Shown piece after piece: positions 38,759-48,904 of a stretch of 64,000 nucleotides of DNA; position 1 is the first letter of the stretch, and the number at the start of each line of letters is the position of its first letter. The notes below the pieces were generated by a model. That model was not told the origin of the DNA. It was given only the letters and a program-made list of their open reading frames with translations, and searched no databases. The position numbers were made by a program, and so were the translations under genes. The DNA is from Terriglobia bacterium (GTDB lineage Bacteria; Acidobacteriota; Terriglobia; Acidiferrales; UBA7541). Location: contig OY968796.1 of the NCBI GenBank assembly GCA_963695545.1, forward strand, positions 1,088,001 through 1,152,000. Direction: 5' to 3'.

Positions 38759-39718
38759 TCACGCGCGCGGGTGCGCTTTGTCGTAAACGTCCATCAGCTG
38801 GCTGATCGTGGCGTGAGTATATTTTTGCGTGGTGGAAAGCGATGCGTGGCCCAGCAATTCCTGGATGGCGCGCAGATCGGCGCCGTCGGCGAGCAGATGC
38901 GTAGCGAAGGCGTGGCGCAGTGAGTGGGGATGCAGGCTCCAATTGATGTTCACCAGAGCCGCATATTTTTTGAGGATGCGATTCACCGAACGCGGCGAGA
39001 GGCGCGTGCCCGCGTAGTTCAGAAACACGGCTTGCGCATCGGTTCGTCCCTTCGCGTGCTCCAGAATCCCGGTGCGCACTTCCCAATACGCGGCGATGGC
39101 GCGCTCGGCTTTGCTGCCGAACGGCACGATGCGCTCCTTATTTCCTTTGCCGAGCACGCGCAGCATTTTTTCCTTGCGGTCCATGTCGGCGATGTTCAGT
39201 CCGGTCAACTCGCTCACGCGCAAGCCTGAAGCGTAAAGCAACTCGAAGAGAGCCAGATCGCGCTTCACCAGCAGATGCGATTCGTGCGGCGAAGCGCCCG
39301 GCCGCGACGCTTTTCCAGCCAGCGCTCCCTCACCGGCGGCAACCATTTGATCGAGAAAACCGTTCATCTCCTCCGCGCTCAAAACCCTGGGCAAGCGCTT
39401 CGGCAGCTTCGGCGTCGAAACCAATCGCGCTGGACTGCTTTCCAAAATGCCCTCGCGCACGCAATATTTAAAAAGCGAGCGGATCGAAGCCAGCTTTCGC
39501 GCCATCGTGCTTTTCTGCAAACCACGGCCGTGCAGATGGCCCAGGAATTCGCGAATCGTGCGGTGATCGATTTTGTCGAGCTGAGGCGGCGCCGCGCCGG
39601 GTGGCGTGAGATAGGCGACGAAATCGAGCAGGTCGGTCTGGTAATTGCGCAGCGTGCTCGGCGAAGCGTTGCGGACCGAGCGCAGGTAATCGATGTAACG
39701 CGCGATTACAGCTTTCAT
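38759..39718 (-). CDS. xerC: Tyrosine recombinase XerC
   Basis: LYASGLRVSEL, GKGNKERIVP, HPHSLRHAFATHLL and LLGHASLSTTQKYT; downstream of topA. Confidence 0.9.
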   Translation of the reverse strand: MKAVIARYIDYLRSVRNASPSTLRNYQTDLLDFVAYLTPPGAAPPQLDKIDHRTIREFLGHLHGRGLQKSTMARKLASIRSLFKYCVREGILESSPARLVSTPKLPKRLPRVLSAEEMNGFLDQMVAAGEGALAGKASRPGASPHESHLLVKRDLALFELLYASGLRVSELTGLNIADMDRKEKMLRVLGKGNKERIVPFGSKAERAIAAYWEVRTGILEHAKGRTDAQAVFLNYAGTRLSPRSVNRILKKYAALVNINWSLHPHSLRHAFATHLLADGADLRAIQELLGHASLSTTQKYTHATISQLMDVYDKAHPRA

Positions 39719-39806
39719 CTAAGGCACGCCGCGCGCGCCGGCCCGCGCGCCAAAATCCGAGACGCATTGCGCGCCGCGTTCTGCGCGGCCCGGTTCGAGA
39801 CCGGCT

Positions 39807-42506
39807 TCAAGGCGTGGCCGAGACAATCGCCTCGGGCGCAACCGCAGGTTGCGGCTCGGGCAGCGGCATCTCCCAATCGCAGCCTTCCTTGATGCACGCG
39901 CGCACTGCGCCATACTTGCTGAACTTTTCGACGATGAACGGCGCGCCGCATTTCGGGCACGGCTCCGCGATCGGCTTATGCGGGCTGGTGAAATCGCACG
40001 CCGGATATTTGTTGCAGCCGTAGAACACGCGCCGCCGTCCTTTTTTCGCCACGCGTTCCACCAGTTCGCCCTCCCCGCACTTCGGGCAATTAATTCCCAG
40101 CGTTTTCGAGCGGATGAAGCGGCACTTCGGATATCCCGTGCAGCCGATGAATTCGCCGTACTGGCCGTGCTTGCGCACGAGTTGCTTTCCGCAGTCGGGA
40201 CAATTCTCTTCCAGCAATTGATCAGGCTGGAGCGCTTTTCGCGTGCCTTGGACCAGGCGGCGCGTCGTCTTGCATTCCGGATAGGCGCTGCACGCCAGAA
40301 AGGTTCCGAATCGCCCGCGCTTGATCACCATGCTCTTGCCGCATTCCGGGCAAGCTTCGGTGGGATGTTCGCCGTCGGTGGGCAGCTCGGGCGAAAGGTC
40401 GCGTGTGTAATCGCAATCCGGATAGCGGTCGCAGCCCATGAAAAATCCATTGCGGCTGATGCGCTCGAGCAAATGTCCTTTCCCGCACTTCGGACAAAGC
40501 TCATTCGTCGCAATTCCCTTTTTGTAAGACTCCATGTCCTCGCGAGCCACGCCCAAATCCTTCACAAAGCGCGTGTAGAAATCTCCGACCGCTTCCTTCC
40601 ACGGCAGCTTTCCTTCTTCCACTTCGTCCAATTCCTCTTCCATTCGCGCCGTGAAGCCCGGATCGAAAATGTCCTCGAAGCTCTTCACCAGCAGGGCAAT
40701 TACTTTTTCGCCCAGCATCGTCGGCGTGAAGCGACCCATCTCTTTGGTCACATACTCGCGCTCCACAATCGTGGAAATGATCGCCGCATACGTCGAAGGG
40801 CGCCCGATGCCCTCTTCTTCCAGCTCTTTCACCAGAGTCGCTTCCGTGTAGCGCGGAGGAGGCTCCGTAAAATGTTGTTCGGAGCGCACCGGAGGCGTGG
40901 TCTCGCCTCCTTCAGCAGGCTCCACGGCGGCCAACTTCAATATTTCCTTTTCGCTTACGCGCGGCAGGCGCTTGCCTTCTTCCTCCGCGTCGTCGCCCTT
41001 CTCAAGATCTTCTTCGCCCGAGCGGTAGGCCGCCAGGAATCCCGCGAATTTCTCCACCGATCCCGACGCGCGGAAAGTGTAATCTCCCGCCGCCACATCG
41101 ATGGTGGTCTGATCGAACACCGCCGGAACCATTTGCGAGGCCACGAATCTCTGCCAGATCAATTGGTAGAGCTTGAACGCTTCATCTTCCAAATAGCGCC
41201 GCACCGAATCCGGCGTGCGCGCCGCGTCCGTGGGACGAATCGCTTCGTGCGCATCCTGCGCGTCCTTCTTGCTCTTATAAAAGTTGGGGCTCTCCGGCAG
41301 ATATTCCGCGCCATACTGCGCCGGAATCAGCGCGCGCACCTGCTCGAGCGCGTCACTCGACACGCGCACCGAATCCGTGCGCATATAAGTGATCAGGGCG
41401 ACCGAGCCTTCATCGCCCAGGTCCACTCCCTCATACAATTTCTGCGCAATTCCCATGGTGCGCTTCGCCGTGTAGCGCAAACGGTTATACGCAGCCTGCT
41501 GCAATTTGGATGTGGTAAACGGCGGCGGAGCGTGGCGCCGCTTTTCTTTCTGCACCACTTCGGAGACTCGCCACTGCGCCTTCTTCAGTTCTTCCAATAT
41601 CCGTCCGGCTTGCGCGCCGTCAGAGATCTCGATCTCTTCGCCTTTGTACTTGGTAAGTTTCGCCTGAAAAATCGGCAATTCCGCCGCCTGCAGGCGCGCA
41701 TGAATCGTCCAATATTCCTTGGGAACGAACGCCTTGATCTCGAGCTCGCGTTCGGCGATCAGCCGCAGCGCCACCGTCTGCACGCGTCCCGCGGAAAGTC
41801 CGCGCCGCACCTTTTCCCACAAGAGCGGAGAAATCTTGTATCCCACAATGCGATCCAGCACGCGGCGCGCCTGTTGCGCGTCCACCAGGCGCTCGTCCAC
41901 TTGCCCCGCGGCATCGAACGCCGCATGAATTGCCTTGGGCGTAATTTCGTTGAACATCACGCGGAATATTTTTTTCCGCATGTCTTTCGGCACGTCAGCC
42001 GCGACCGGCGGCGCGATCGCTTTCGCTTCTGCCGTTTCCGCCGCGGTCTGTCTGCCTCTTCGACCCCAGCGGTTCACCGCGGGCACGTATCCGTCGAAAA
42101 GTTCGTCCTTCGACATCGTCAGCACTTCCGTCAGATGCGCGCAGATCGCCTCGCCTTCGCGATCGGGGTCGGCGGCCAGATAAATCGCGTCCGCCGTGGA
42201 CGCGGCTTTCCTCAAATCGTTTACGACTTTATCTTTGCCGGGGATCACCACGTAGGTCGGCTCGAATATTTTGGCTGGATTGTACGGACGCACCTTCACT
42301 TCCGGTTTTTTCTTCGCGCTGGCGCGCTTCTTGGTCTTTTTCTTCGCGGGCTTGTCGCCGTCCGGCGGCAACACGATGCCGATGTCCTTTTTCGGCAGGT
42401 CCATGATGTGACCAATGGAAGCCTTGACGCTGAAACCGCGCCCCAAATATTTATTGATCGTCTTAGCCTTGGCCGGCGATTCGACGATAACCAGAGATTT
42501 TGCCAT
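39807..42506 (-). CDS. topA: DNA topoisomerase I with C-terminal zinc ribbons
   Basis: LVIVESPAKAKTI, DPDREGEAI, SAGRVQ, ITYMRTDS and GIGRPSTYA; repeated CPxCG ribbons. Confidence 0.97.
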   Translation of the reverse strand: MAKSLVIVESPAKAKTINKYLGRGFSVKASIGHIMDLPKKDIGIVLPPDGDKPAKKKTKKRASAKKKPEVKVRPYNPAKIFEPTYVVIPGKDKVVNDLRKAASTADAIYLAADPDREGEAICAHLTEVLTMSKDELFDGYVPAVNRWGRRGRQTAAETAEAKAIAPPVAADVPKDMRKKIFRVMFNEITPKAIHAAFDAAGQVDERLVDAQQARRVLDRIVGYKISPLLWEKVRRGLSAGRVQTVALRLIAERELEIKAFVPKEYWTIHARLQAAELPIFQAKLTKYKGEEIEISDGAQAGRILEELKKAQWRVSEVVQKEKRRHAPPPFTTSKLQQAAYNRLRYTAKRTMGIAQKLYEGVDLGDEGSVALITYMRTDSVRVSSDALEQVRALIPAQYGAEYLPESPNFYKSKKDAQDAHEAIRPTDAARTPDSVRRYLEDEAFKLYQLIWQRFVASQMVPAVFDQTTIDVAAGDYTFRASGSVEKFAGFLAAYRSGEEDLEKGDDAEEEGKRLPRVSEKEILKLAAVEPAEGGETTPPVRSEQHFTEPPPRYTEATLVKELEEEGIGRPSTYAAIISTIVEREYVTKEMGRFTPTMLGEKVIALLVKSFEDIFDPGFTARMEEELDEVEEGKLPWKEAVGDFYTRFVKDLGVAREDMESYKKGIATNELCPKCGKGHLLERISRNGFFMGCDRYPDCDYTRDLSPELPTDGEHPTEACPECGKSMVIKRGRFGTFLACSAYPECKTTRRLVQGTRKALQPDQLLEENCPDCGKQLVRKHGQYGEFIGCTGYPKCRFIRSKTLGINCPKCGEGELVERVAKKGRRRVFYGCNKYPACDFTSPHKPIAEPCPKCGAPFIVEKFSKYGAVRACIKEGCDWEMPLPEPQPAVAPEAIVSATP

Positions 42507-42881
42507 GCGCTTGTTGTAATCCTTATTGCGACTCGAAGATAGCTCTGTGCCCTTCTAAGTACCGCACACCGCGTGGACCCGCTCGCGACCTTTCATCCAA
42601 TTAGATGTTGCTCAACGCAAAAAAGTCCAGGCAACGATGGGAAGCGTTCCGAACCGATTCGGGCACGAGGCCCTCGGCACCGGGCGCTCGCACAATAAAT
42701 AAGGATGCGGAAGGGGCACAATTAGTCTACACGACCTGTCAAGATACTTCTTCAACGCGGCGGATTCGCCCGCTCGAAGCGCGCGCTTCCGCCCCGAGAC
42801 ACGCTCGGGTGCGCGCTCTACTTCGAGCCCGCCAGAGTAATGTAGAATCCGTATGCAACAATTCGCGGCCTCGCGCTGAAA

Positions 42882-43622
42882 ATGAAAATCAAACTCGATC
42901 TACTGGCCATCGCGCCGCATCCGGACGACGTCGAGCTCACCTGCGGCGGCACGCTGCTGAAAATGGCGGACGCAGGCTACCGCACCGGCATCCTCGATCT
43001 CACCGAAGGCGAAACCGGCACTCGCGGCACGCCCGCCACGCGCCTGCGCGAAGCCGCGCGCGCCGCGAAATTTCTGCGCGTCGCGGTGCGCCGAAATCTC
43101 GCGCTGCCCGACGCGCATCTCCGCGTCACCGACGAGTACAAAGAAGCCATCGCCAAAGTCATCCGCGAATTCGAGCCGCACACCGTAATTCTTCCCTACT
43201 GGGAGGGCCGTCATCCAGATCACTACACGGCCTCGGAGCTCGGCTACCAAGCCTGCTTCATCGCCGGCCTGCAGAATTACGCGCTCGAAGGTGAAGCGTT
43301 TCGCCCATCCAAGATTATCTACGCCGCCGCGTACGCTGACGTGAAACCGAGCTTCGCGGTGGACATCACGAAATATTACGAGCAGCGCCGCCGCGCGATT
43401 CTGGCTTACGCCTCGCAATTCGATCCGCCCGCGCGCGAAAAGCGCTCACAGGCCGCTCTTGCCAAGAGGGTCGCCCTGCCGCTCGATCAACTCGAGCAGC
43501 GCATGAACCTAATCGCCCGCAACTACGGCGCGATGATCGGCGTGCAATACGCCGAAGGTTTTGTGGTGAAGGAAATTTTCGAGGTGGACGACGTCGTGCG
43601 CATGCCCGTTCGCTCGATGTAA
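42882..43622 (+). CDS. bshB1: PIG-L family deacetylase, BshB1-like
   Basis: APHPDDVELTCGGTL, DLTEGETGTRG, RHPDH and YAEGF. Confidence 0.85.
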   Translation: MKIKLDLLAIAPHPDDVELTCGGTLLKMADAGYRTGILDLTEGETGTRGTPATRLREAARAAKFLRVAVRRNLALPDAHLRVTDEYKEAIAKVIREFEPHTVILPYWEGRHPDHYTASELGYQACFIAGLQNYALEGEAFRPSKIIYAAAYADVKPSFAVDITKYYEQRRRAILAYASQFDPPAREKRSQAALAKRVALPLDQLEQRMNLIARNYGAMIGVQYAEGFVVKEIFEVDDVVRMPVRSM

Positions 43623-43654
43623 TCGCTCGGCGCCGCCCGCGCGTCGAGCATCGC

Positions 43655-44782
43655 TCACACCAACGCGCGGAGAAATTGTTTTCCAGGCAATTGCCGCACC
43701 ACGCCGCGCATTTCCATCTCGCACAGCGCCGCTAGCACCTCCGAAGAATTCAGGCCCGTGGATTCGACCAGTTCATCCACATGCACGCTCTCGTCGGCCT
43801 TGAGCAGCGCATAAATTTTTCGCTCGGTATCGCCCATGGCCTGCTCGACGAGTAGCTCGCGCTCTTTCGCCGGCGCCTCGTCGACCGGAAAAAGCTCGGT
43901 CCGCACCGGCGTCGGCAACTCCTCGATCACGTCTTCCCACCCGGCCGCGAGTTTCGCGCCCTGGCGAATCAATTGATGCGGCGCGAAGCTCATCGGCTCG
44001 GTCACGTTGCCCGGCACCGCGTAAATCTCTCGCCCGAATTCCATTCCCAGCCGCGCGGTGATGATCGAGCCGGAATATTGCTCGCCCTGCACCACCACCA
44101 CTCCCAGCGCCAGGCCGGCAACCACGCGATTGCGTATCGGGAAATTTTCGGGTGCAGGAGGCGTGCCCAGCGGAAACTCCGAGATGATCACGCCGCGCCG
44201 TTCGACTTCGGAATACAGCTTGCGATTCTCTTTTGGGTATTGGATGTCGAGCCCCGTCCCCAGGACTCCAATCACGCCGCCGCGCGAAGCGGCGATCGCG
44301 CCGCGATGCGCCGAAGCGTCGATCCCCCGCGCAAGGCCGCTTGCGATCACAAGCCCCCGCTCCGCCAAGTCGCGCCCGAGCCGCTCAGCCACCTGATTTC
44401 CGTACGGCGTAGGCCGGCGCGTCCCGACGATCGAGATCACGTGCCGGTCAAGCACGCTCGCATCACCGCGAAAATAAAGCAGGGGCGGTGGGTCGTAGAT
44501 CGAGCGCAACAGCTTGGAATACGCCGGTTCGTCCCAATGCAGAAGCTGCCCGCCGATTTTCCGCAGCTCCGCCAGTTCTTTTTCCGCCGCCGAAAGCGCG
44601 CGCTGCCCGTGCAGCGATTGCGCCACCGGCGCCGGCAAGCGGCACGCTTCGAGCTCCGTCAAGCTCGCGCGAAAAACCATTTCGGGCGTCTTGAAATGCG
44701 CGAGCAATCGCCCCGTCAGCCGCGCGCCCAAACCCGGCGTGAGGGCCAACCCCAACCAATAGAGGGAAGCATCCAGTTCCAC
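43655..44782 (-). CDS. dprA: DNA-processing protein DprA
   Basis: IVGTRRPTPYG, SGLARGIDASAH and FPIRNRVVAG; C-terminal winged helix. Confidence 0.95.
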   Translation of the reverse strand: MELDASLYWLGLALTPGLGARLTGRLLAHFKTPEMVFRASLTELEACRLPAPVAQSLHGQRALSAAEKELAELRKIGGQLLHWDEPAYSKLLRSIYDPPPLLYFRGDASVLDRHVISIVGTRRPTPYGNQVAERLGRDLAERGLVIASGLARGIDASAHRGAIAASRGGVIGVLGTGLDIQYPKENRKLYSEVERRGVIISEFPLGTPPAPENFPIRNRVVAGLALGVVVVQGEQYSGSIITARLGMEFGREIYAVPGNVTEPMSFAPHQLIRQGAKLAAGWEDVIEELPTPVRTELFPVDEAPAKERELLVEQAMGDTERKIYALLKADESVHVDELVESTGLNSSEVLAALCEMEMRGVVRQLPGKQFLRALV

Positions 44783-44883
44783 GGCGGCGACACTACCCGC
44801 GTGTTGGTCGAACTGTCAAGTCTGCGTGAGGTTACCTGAACAGGTGGCCGCGGGCGGCCGCTCCGCGCGTGGAATTGCTGGCG

Positions 44884-45504
44884 TCAATCGGGAATCAGAC
44901 CAACCTTCACGAGCTCGCGACGAAGCGCCGGCGGATCGGTGAACACGATCCCGTGCATGCCCAGCGCGATCGCCGCCTCCACATTCGCTCGCCGATCGTC
45001 GATGTAAGCAACGTGCGCTGCATCGATCCCGAACGTCTCAAGAAAAAGTTCAAAAATTCGCGCGTCGGGCTTCAACAGCTTCACGTCACCCGACACCAAC
45101 ACTCCGCGAAACCATTTCATAAACTCGAACCGCCTGACCGCCGCCGGATACGTTTCCGACGACCAGTTGGTCAGCGCATACACCGGAACTCCGCGAGCGC
45201 GCAGCTCCGCCAGAATTTCAACCGTGCCGGAGATCTCCCCGCCCAACATCTCTTCATAGCGTTCAATCCATGCGTCGATCAATTCCGCCTTATCAGGATG
45301 AGCGAGTTTCAGCGACGCGCAGGCCTCCGCAAACGTCCGTCCCGCATCCTGTTGATCGTTCCACTCCGCCGTGCAGACGTTCTCGAGAAAATGCTCCATC
45401 GCCGCGTCGTCTCCGCCAAATAGCTGGCGATACAAATAGCGCGGGTTCCAATCGATCAGCACGCCGCCGAGATCGAACACCACCACACTTCGATTTATCG
45501 TCAT
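44884..45504 (-). CDS. HAD-family phosphatase
   Basis: VVFDLGGVLIDWNP, ALTNWS, KPDARIF and YIDDRRANV. Confidence 0.92.
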   Translation of the reverse strand: MTINRSVVVFDLGGVLIDWNPRYLYRQLFGGDDAAMEHFLENVCTAEWNDQQDAGRTFAEACASLKLAHPDKAELIDAWIERYEEMLGGEISGTVEILAELRARGVPVYALTNWSSETYPAAVRRFEFMKWFRGVLVSGDVKLLKPDARIFELFLETFGIDAAHVAYIDDRRANVEAAIALGMHGIVFTDPPALRRELVKVGLIPD

Positions 45505-45611
45505 GCCTGTAATTCTATCGAAGCGCCGCGCGGACGGAAATCCGCAGCGTTTCCTAATTGCGCAAGCAGACGCGAATGATGAACGCGCCAAACCTTGGTC
45601 GTCGCGCGCGC

Positions 45612-45644
45612 AAAAAATTAGGGCCGGACATTAGCGTCCGGCCC
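45612..45644 (-). terminator. Intrinsic terminator after the PEP-CTERM gene
   Basis: GGGCCGGAC-N6-GTCCGGCCC then TAATTTTTT on the minus strand. Confidence 0.75.
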
Positions 45645-45679
45645 CTCCGATTTAATCCGAGCGTATCAGTTCAGAACAA

Positions 45680-46351
45680 TTACGAATCGCTGCGCGCCAA
45701 TGATCCGCGCATTCCAAACCATTCGCGGCGCTTCACGAAAATCAACGCGCACAGCCCCATGCCCAGAAGCAGTAAGCCCGACGGCTCCGGCGTGTACACC
45801 ATAAATTCCTGACCCTGGCCGCCCGCCGCGTTGTCAGGCGTCAGGATCTCCCACCCCTGCCCCGTGAAGCCGCTATCCACCGCGTCCAGCGCCTGGCCCA
45901 GCAAAAACGTCGCGTTGTCCGTCGGCCCCGTGTACGGATCGTTCCCGCCGCTCAAACTCCAGATCGCCCATTGGTCCGCGGCAGCCGCGTCGTTGCTCGG
46001 AGCACTCATCTCCTGAGTAATCAGCCACGCAAATTCCTGGTAGATGGTCTCGGTCGTGGCGTTATTCCCGGTGTAGAGATACGTCGGGCTGTAATTCGAT
46101 GTATTCGAGAGGGGCGTGACAATCGCGGGCCAGGTGTCCCATGCCACGATGTCGTGGCTGAAATCCACGCAGTAGAATTCTTCCGATTGCCCGTTCAGTG
46201 TCCCGCCGTAGGGCGGAATGCCGACTCCATTGTTGCCGAACGCGTAGCTTCCGTTGAAGACGACCGTGCTGTCGGCATCGGCAAAGGCGCTCGGCGCCAC
46301 GAACATCAGAACGCTTGCCGCGACAATCAAAAGTTTCCCAATATTCCGCAT
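45680..46351 (-). CDS. PEP-CTERM sorting-domain protein
   Basis: Signal peptide; C-terminal TPEPSGLLLLGMGLCALIFVKRR. Confidence 0.9.
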   Translation of the reverse strand: MRNIGKLLIVAASVLMFVAPSAFADADSTVVFNGSYAFGNNGVGIPPYGGTLNGQSEEFYCVDFSHDIVAWDTWPAIVTPLSNTSNYSPTYLYTGNNATTETIYQEFAWLITQEMSAPSNDAAAADQWAIWSLSGGNDPYTGPTDNATFLLGQALDAVDSGFTGQGWEILTPDNAAGGQGQEFMVYTPEPSGLLLLGMGLCALIFVKRREWFGMRGSLARSDS

Positions 46352-46547
46352 GCCACTCTCCCGTGGGGTTCTCATCTTCACTTGTGATTCTGCGGGAAGC
46401 GCCTAAAAAAACCCATAGTACGGTTCTCTCGCTTTCGTCGGTACGAACCCGCTGGTACCCCTAGTACCGCGCCGCACCGCCATTGAAGTCTTCCCCTCTT
46501 CGGAGTACTTTTCTGCCGCGAGCCATTCGCCAACCCGAGGTGCCCGT

Positions 46548-47579
46548 TTGCCGATTTCCGCCGCGGATGCCATCAATCCCGCTTTTGAGCACACCAAGCA
46601 GCAGCTCCTGCACCCGTTCCGCTTCGCCCAATGGGCGCGCCTCGCTCTCGTCGGCTTTCTCGCGGGAGAACTGGGTTCCGGCGGATGCAACTTCAATTCC
46701 GCGGTCCCAAATCTCCACGGCAAATCGCAGCCATTTCCCGGCACGGCCCTGCCTCCAGAAATCGCTAATCACTTCGCCGCGATTGCCGCACTGATCGCGG
46801 GTCTGGCCGTGATTGGACTCGGCCTAACCCTGCTCTTCCTCTACATCGGCAGCGTAATGCGCTTCATCCTTTTCGATAGCGTGGTCGCCAAGCAATGCCA
46901 CATCCGCGAAGGATGGTCGCGTCGCCGCAGCCACGGCCGCCGATTATTTGTCTGGCAACTATGGTTCCTGCTGGCGACTTTCGCGGCGCTCATCATCCTG
47001 ATCGGCATTCCCGCGGCGTGTGCCTGGTCGATGGGCTGGTTCACGCACCCGGGCGATCACGTCCTGCCGCTGGTGCTCGGCGGCATCGTGGTGTTCTCGC
47101 TCTTCGCCGCGCTCCTGGTGGCTCTCGTTGTGATTCAGGTGTTCACCAAGGATTTCGTCGTCCCCCAAATGGCGCTCGAAGACATCACCGCCGTCGAAGG
47201 ATGGCGCAGATTATGGTTGTTGCTTAAAGCGGAGAAGGGCGGCTACGCCGGCTACATCGGAATGAAAATTGTGCTGGCCATCGCGGCCAGCATCGTTCTC
47301 GGAATCGCCACGGTGATTTTGGTTCTCGTGCTGCTTATCCCCGTTGGTGGCGTGGGAGTGATCGCCGTGCTGGGCGGCAAAGCGGCGGGACTCTCCTGGA
47401 CCGTCTCCACCATCGCGCTGGCCGTGATTGCAGGCTGCCTCGCGCTCGCGATTCTGATCTTCGCAATTGCGTTGATCAACGTCCCGGCCATCGTGTTCTT
47501 CCCGGCCTATTCAATTTATTTCTTCGCCGCGCGATATCCGCCTTTGGCCGCGCTGCTTCAGCACGCGCCTCCCGCATAA
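46548..47579 (+). CDS. Polytopic membrane protein of unknown function
   Basis: 343 aa with several TM segments. Confidence 0.75.
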   Translation: MPISAADAINPAFEHTKQQLLHPFRFAQWARLALVGFLAGELGSGGCNFNSAVPNLHGKSQPFPGTALPPEIANHFAAIAALIAGLAVIGLGLTLLFLYIGSVMRFILFDSVVAKQCHIREGWSRRRSHGRRLFVWQLWFLLATFAALIILIGIPAACAWSMGWFTHPGDHVLPLVLGGIVVFSLFAALLVALVVIQVFTKDFVVPQMALEDITAVEGWRRLWLLLKAEKGGYAGYIGMKIVLAIAASIVLGIATVILVLVLLIPVGGVGVIAVLGGKAAGLSWTVSTIALAVIAGCLALAILIFAIALINVPAIVFFPAYSIYFFAARYPPLAALLQHAPPA

Positions 47580-47607
47580 GCGGCGGCTCCGCCCTATGTT
47601 GCGCTGG

Positions 47608-48774
47608 TCACGTTGCGTTGGTGAAGAAGTGAATCACGTAAATCACTTCGTGCGACGGCGCAATCGCGCCCGGCGCCGTTCCCGGTCCGCAGCCGCATTG
47701 CATCGCCGCAACTTTATTCGCGCGATCCAGCGCCGCCTCGTTTAAACCCGCGGCCGTCGTCGTCAGAATCTCCGATTCTGCCAGTTGACCGTCGCTCCCC
47801 GTGATCCCCGCCACCACCACGATCTGCAGCGATAGCGCCGAATTCACATTTAGCGGAGCCATACTCTGCATCGGCGCCAGCACGCTATAGATCGCCGCGC
47901 CCCACGTCGAAGGCCCCACGCCCAGCGCCTTCAGACCGTCGCCGCTAAATAGCGCGCTATCCGCGCCCACCGGATCGGTCACGCTCAAAGTTCTCGCGTC
48001 CACCACGGTTCGCCCGCCTTCCGAAATCGTGAATTCGTCGGGGATGATCTTGTCGTGAAAGTGGATCGCGCTGGCGTAATCGTAATGGTAGTAAATCCCC
48101 GGCACCGGCGAGTAGGTCGCCAGCAATCCGGTGTTCGGGTCCACGCAATATTCGTATTCGTCCCAATTGCGCGCGCCGGTCGGCGTGTGCGTGCCCACAT
48201 CGTGCGCGACCAGAACGCACTGCAGCTCCACGCCGTTCAATGTCCCCGTCGCCATGCGCACCGACGCGTGCTGATGCACCCAGGTGTACGCGAAGAAAAT
48301 CGCATCGCGTACCTGCGCGAGGCGCAACGGCACAGCATTCGTCGGGCGGTTGCTCGATAGTAAGTCTCCCTTGCTTAGAAAAATTCCCGAAAAGGAAGGT
48401 CCCTCGGCCGACCAGCGATAGATGTCCCGCGCCGGAGAGATATCCTCGAGCACCCATTCGCTGCTCGCGCCCGTGGCGTCAACCGAAGTAAAAATAGTGT
48501 TCAGATCGTACGGGTGCGCACGCAGGTTCGAGAGATTCTGCGCGTTCCGCAGCAAATTCATTGCGTCCGCGCGCTGCTCGGCATCGTTCGCCGGCTGCGC
48601 CTCGCCCGTCACCAGCTCCAGCGGATCGTCTGGCACGGCCGGCGGCGGAACGCCCGCGAACGGTGTGTGCGCAGCGCGCGCTGGCGTCGGCGGAGGACTG
48701 GCGTCCTGCGCCCGCGCCGCGCACGGAATCAATAAAGCCGCCACCGCGGCCCAGCACAAGCAGCGAAGTGTCAT
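47608..48774 (-). CDS. Secreted hypothetical protein, possible degenerate TonB C-terminal-like end
   Basis: Signal peptide; C-terminal IVVVAGITGSDGQLAESEIL...LNEAALD pattern. Confidence 0.65.
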   Translation of the reverse strand: MTLRCLCWAAVAALLIPCAARAQDASPPPTPARAAHTPFAGVPPPAVPDDPLELVTGEAQPANDAEQRADAMNLLRNAQNLSNLRAHPYDLNTIFTSVDATGASSEWVLEDISPARDIYRWSAEGPSFSGIFLSKGDLLSSNRPTNAVPLRLAQVRDAIFFAYTWVHQHASVRMATGTLNGVELQCVLVAHDVGTHTPTGARNWDEYEYCVDPNTGLLATYSPVPGIYYHYDYASAIHFHDKIIPDEFTISEGGRTVVDARTLSVTDPVGADSALFSGDGLKALGVGPSTWGAAIYSVLAPMQSMAPLNVNSALSLQIVVVAGITGSDGQLAESEILTTTAAGLNEAALDRANKVAAMQCGCGPGTAPGAIAPSHEVIYVIHFFTNAT

Positions 48775-48904
48775 AGCATCTGACCTCGCCAGCAAAACGA
48801 TTATTCGATTCCTGCCTTAACCCCTAAGCCAACGCATCCTACATCCATCGCCAGCAGCACGCAAGATTTCGCCTGGGCGTGCGCCGCGCACCTCTCGTAA
48901 CACG

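Noticed and set aside
38759..39718. Recombinase as the integrase of the nearby island
   Set aside because: It lies in the housekeeping dprA-topA-xerC context, and no att repeats or dif-like site were found at island edges.
39849..42542. 897-aa plus-strand ORF and similar long ORFs (32657-34486, 16577-18037, 22417-23628)
   Set aside because: Antisense shadows of well-supported genes, expected in high-GC DNA.
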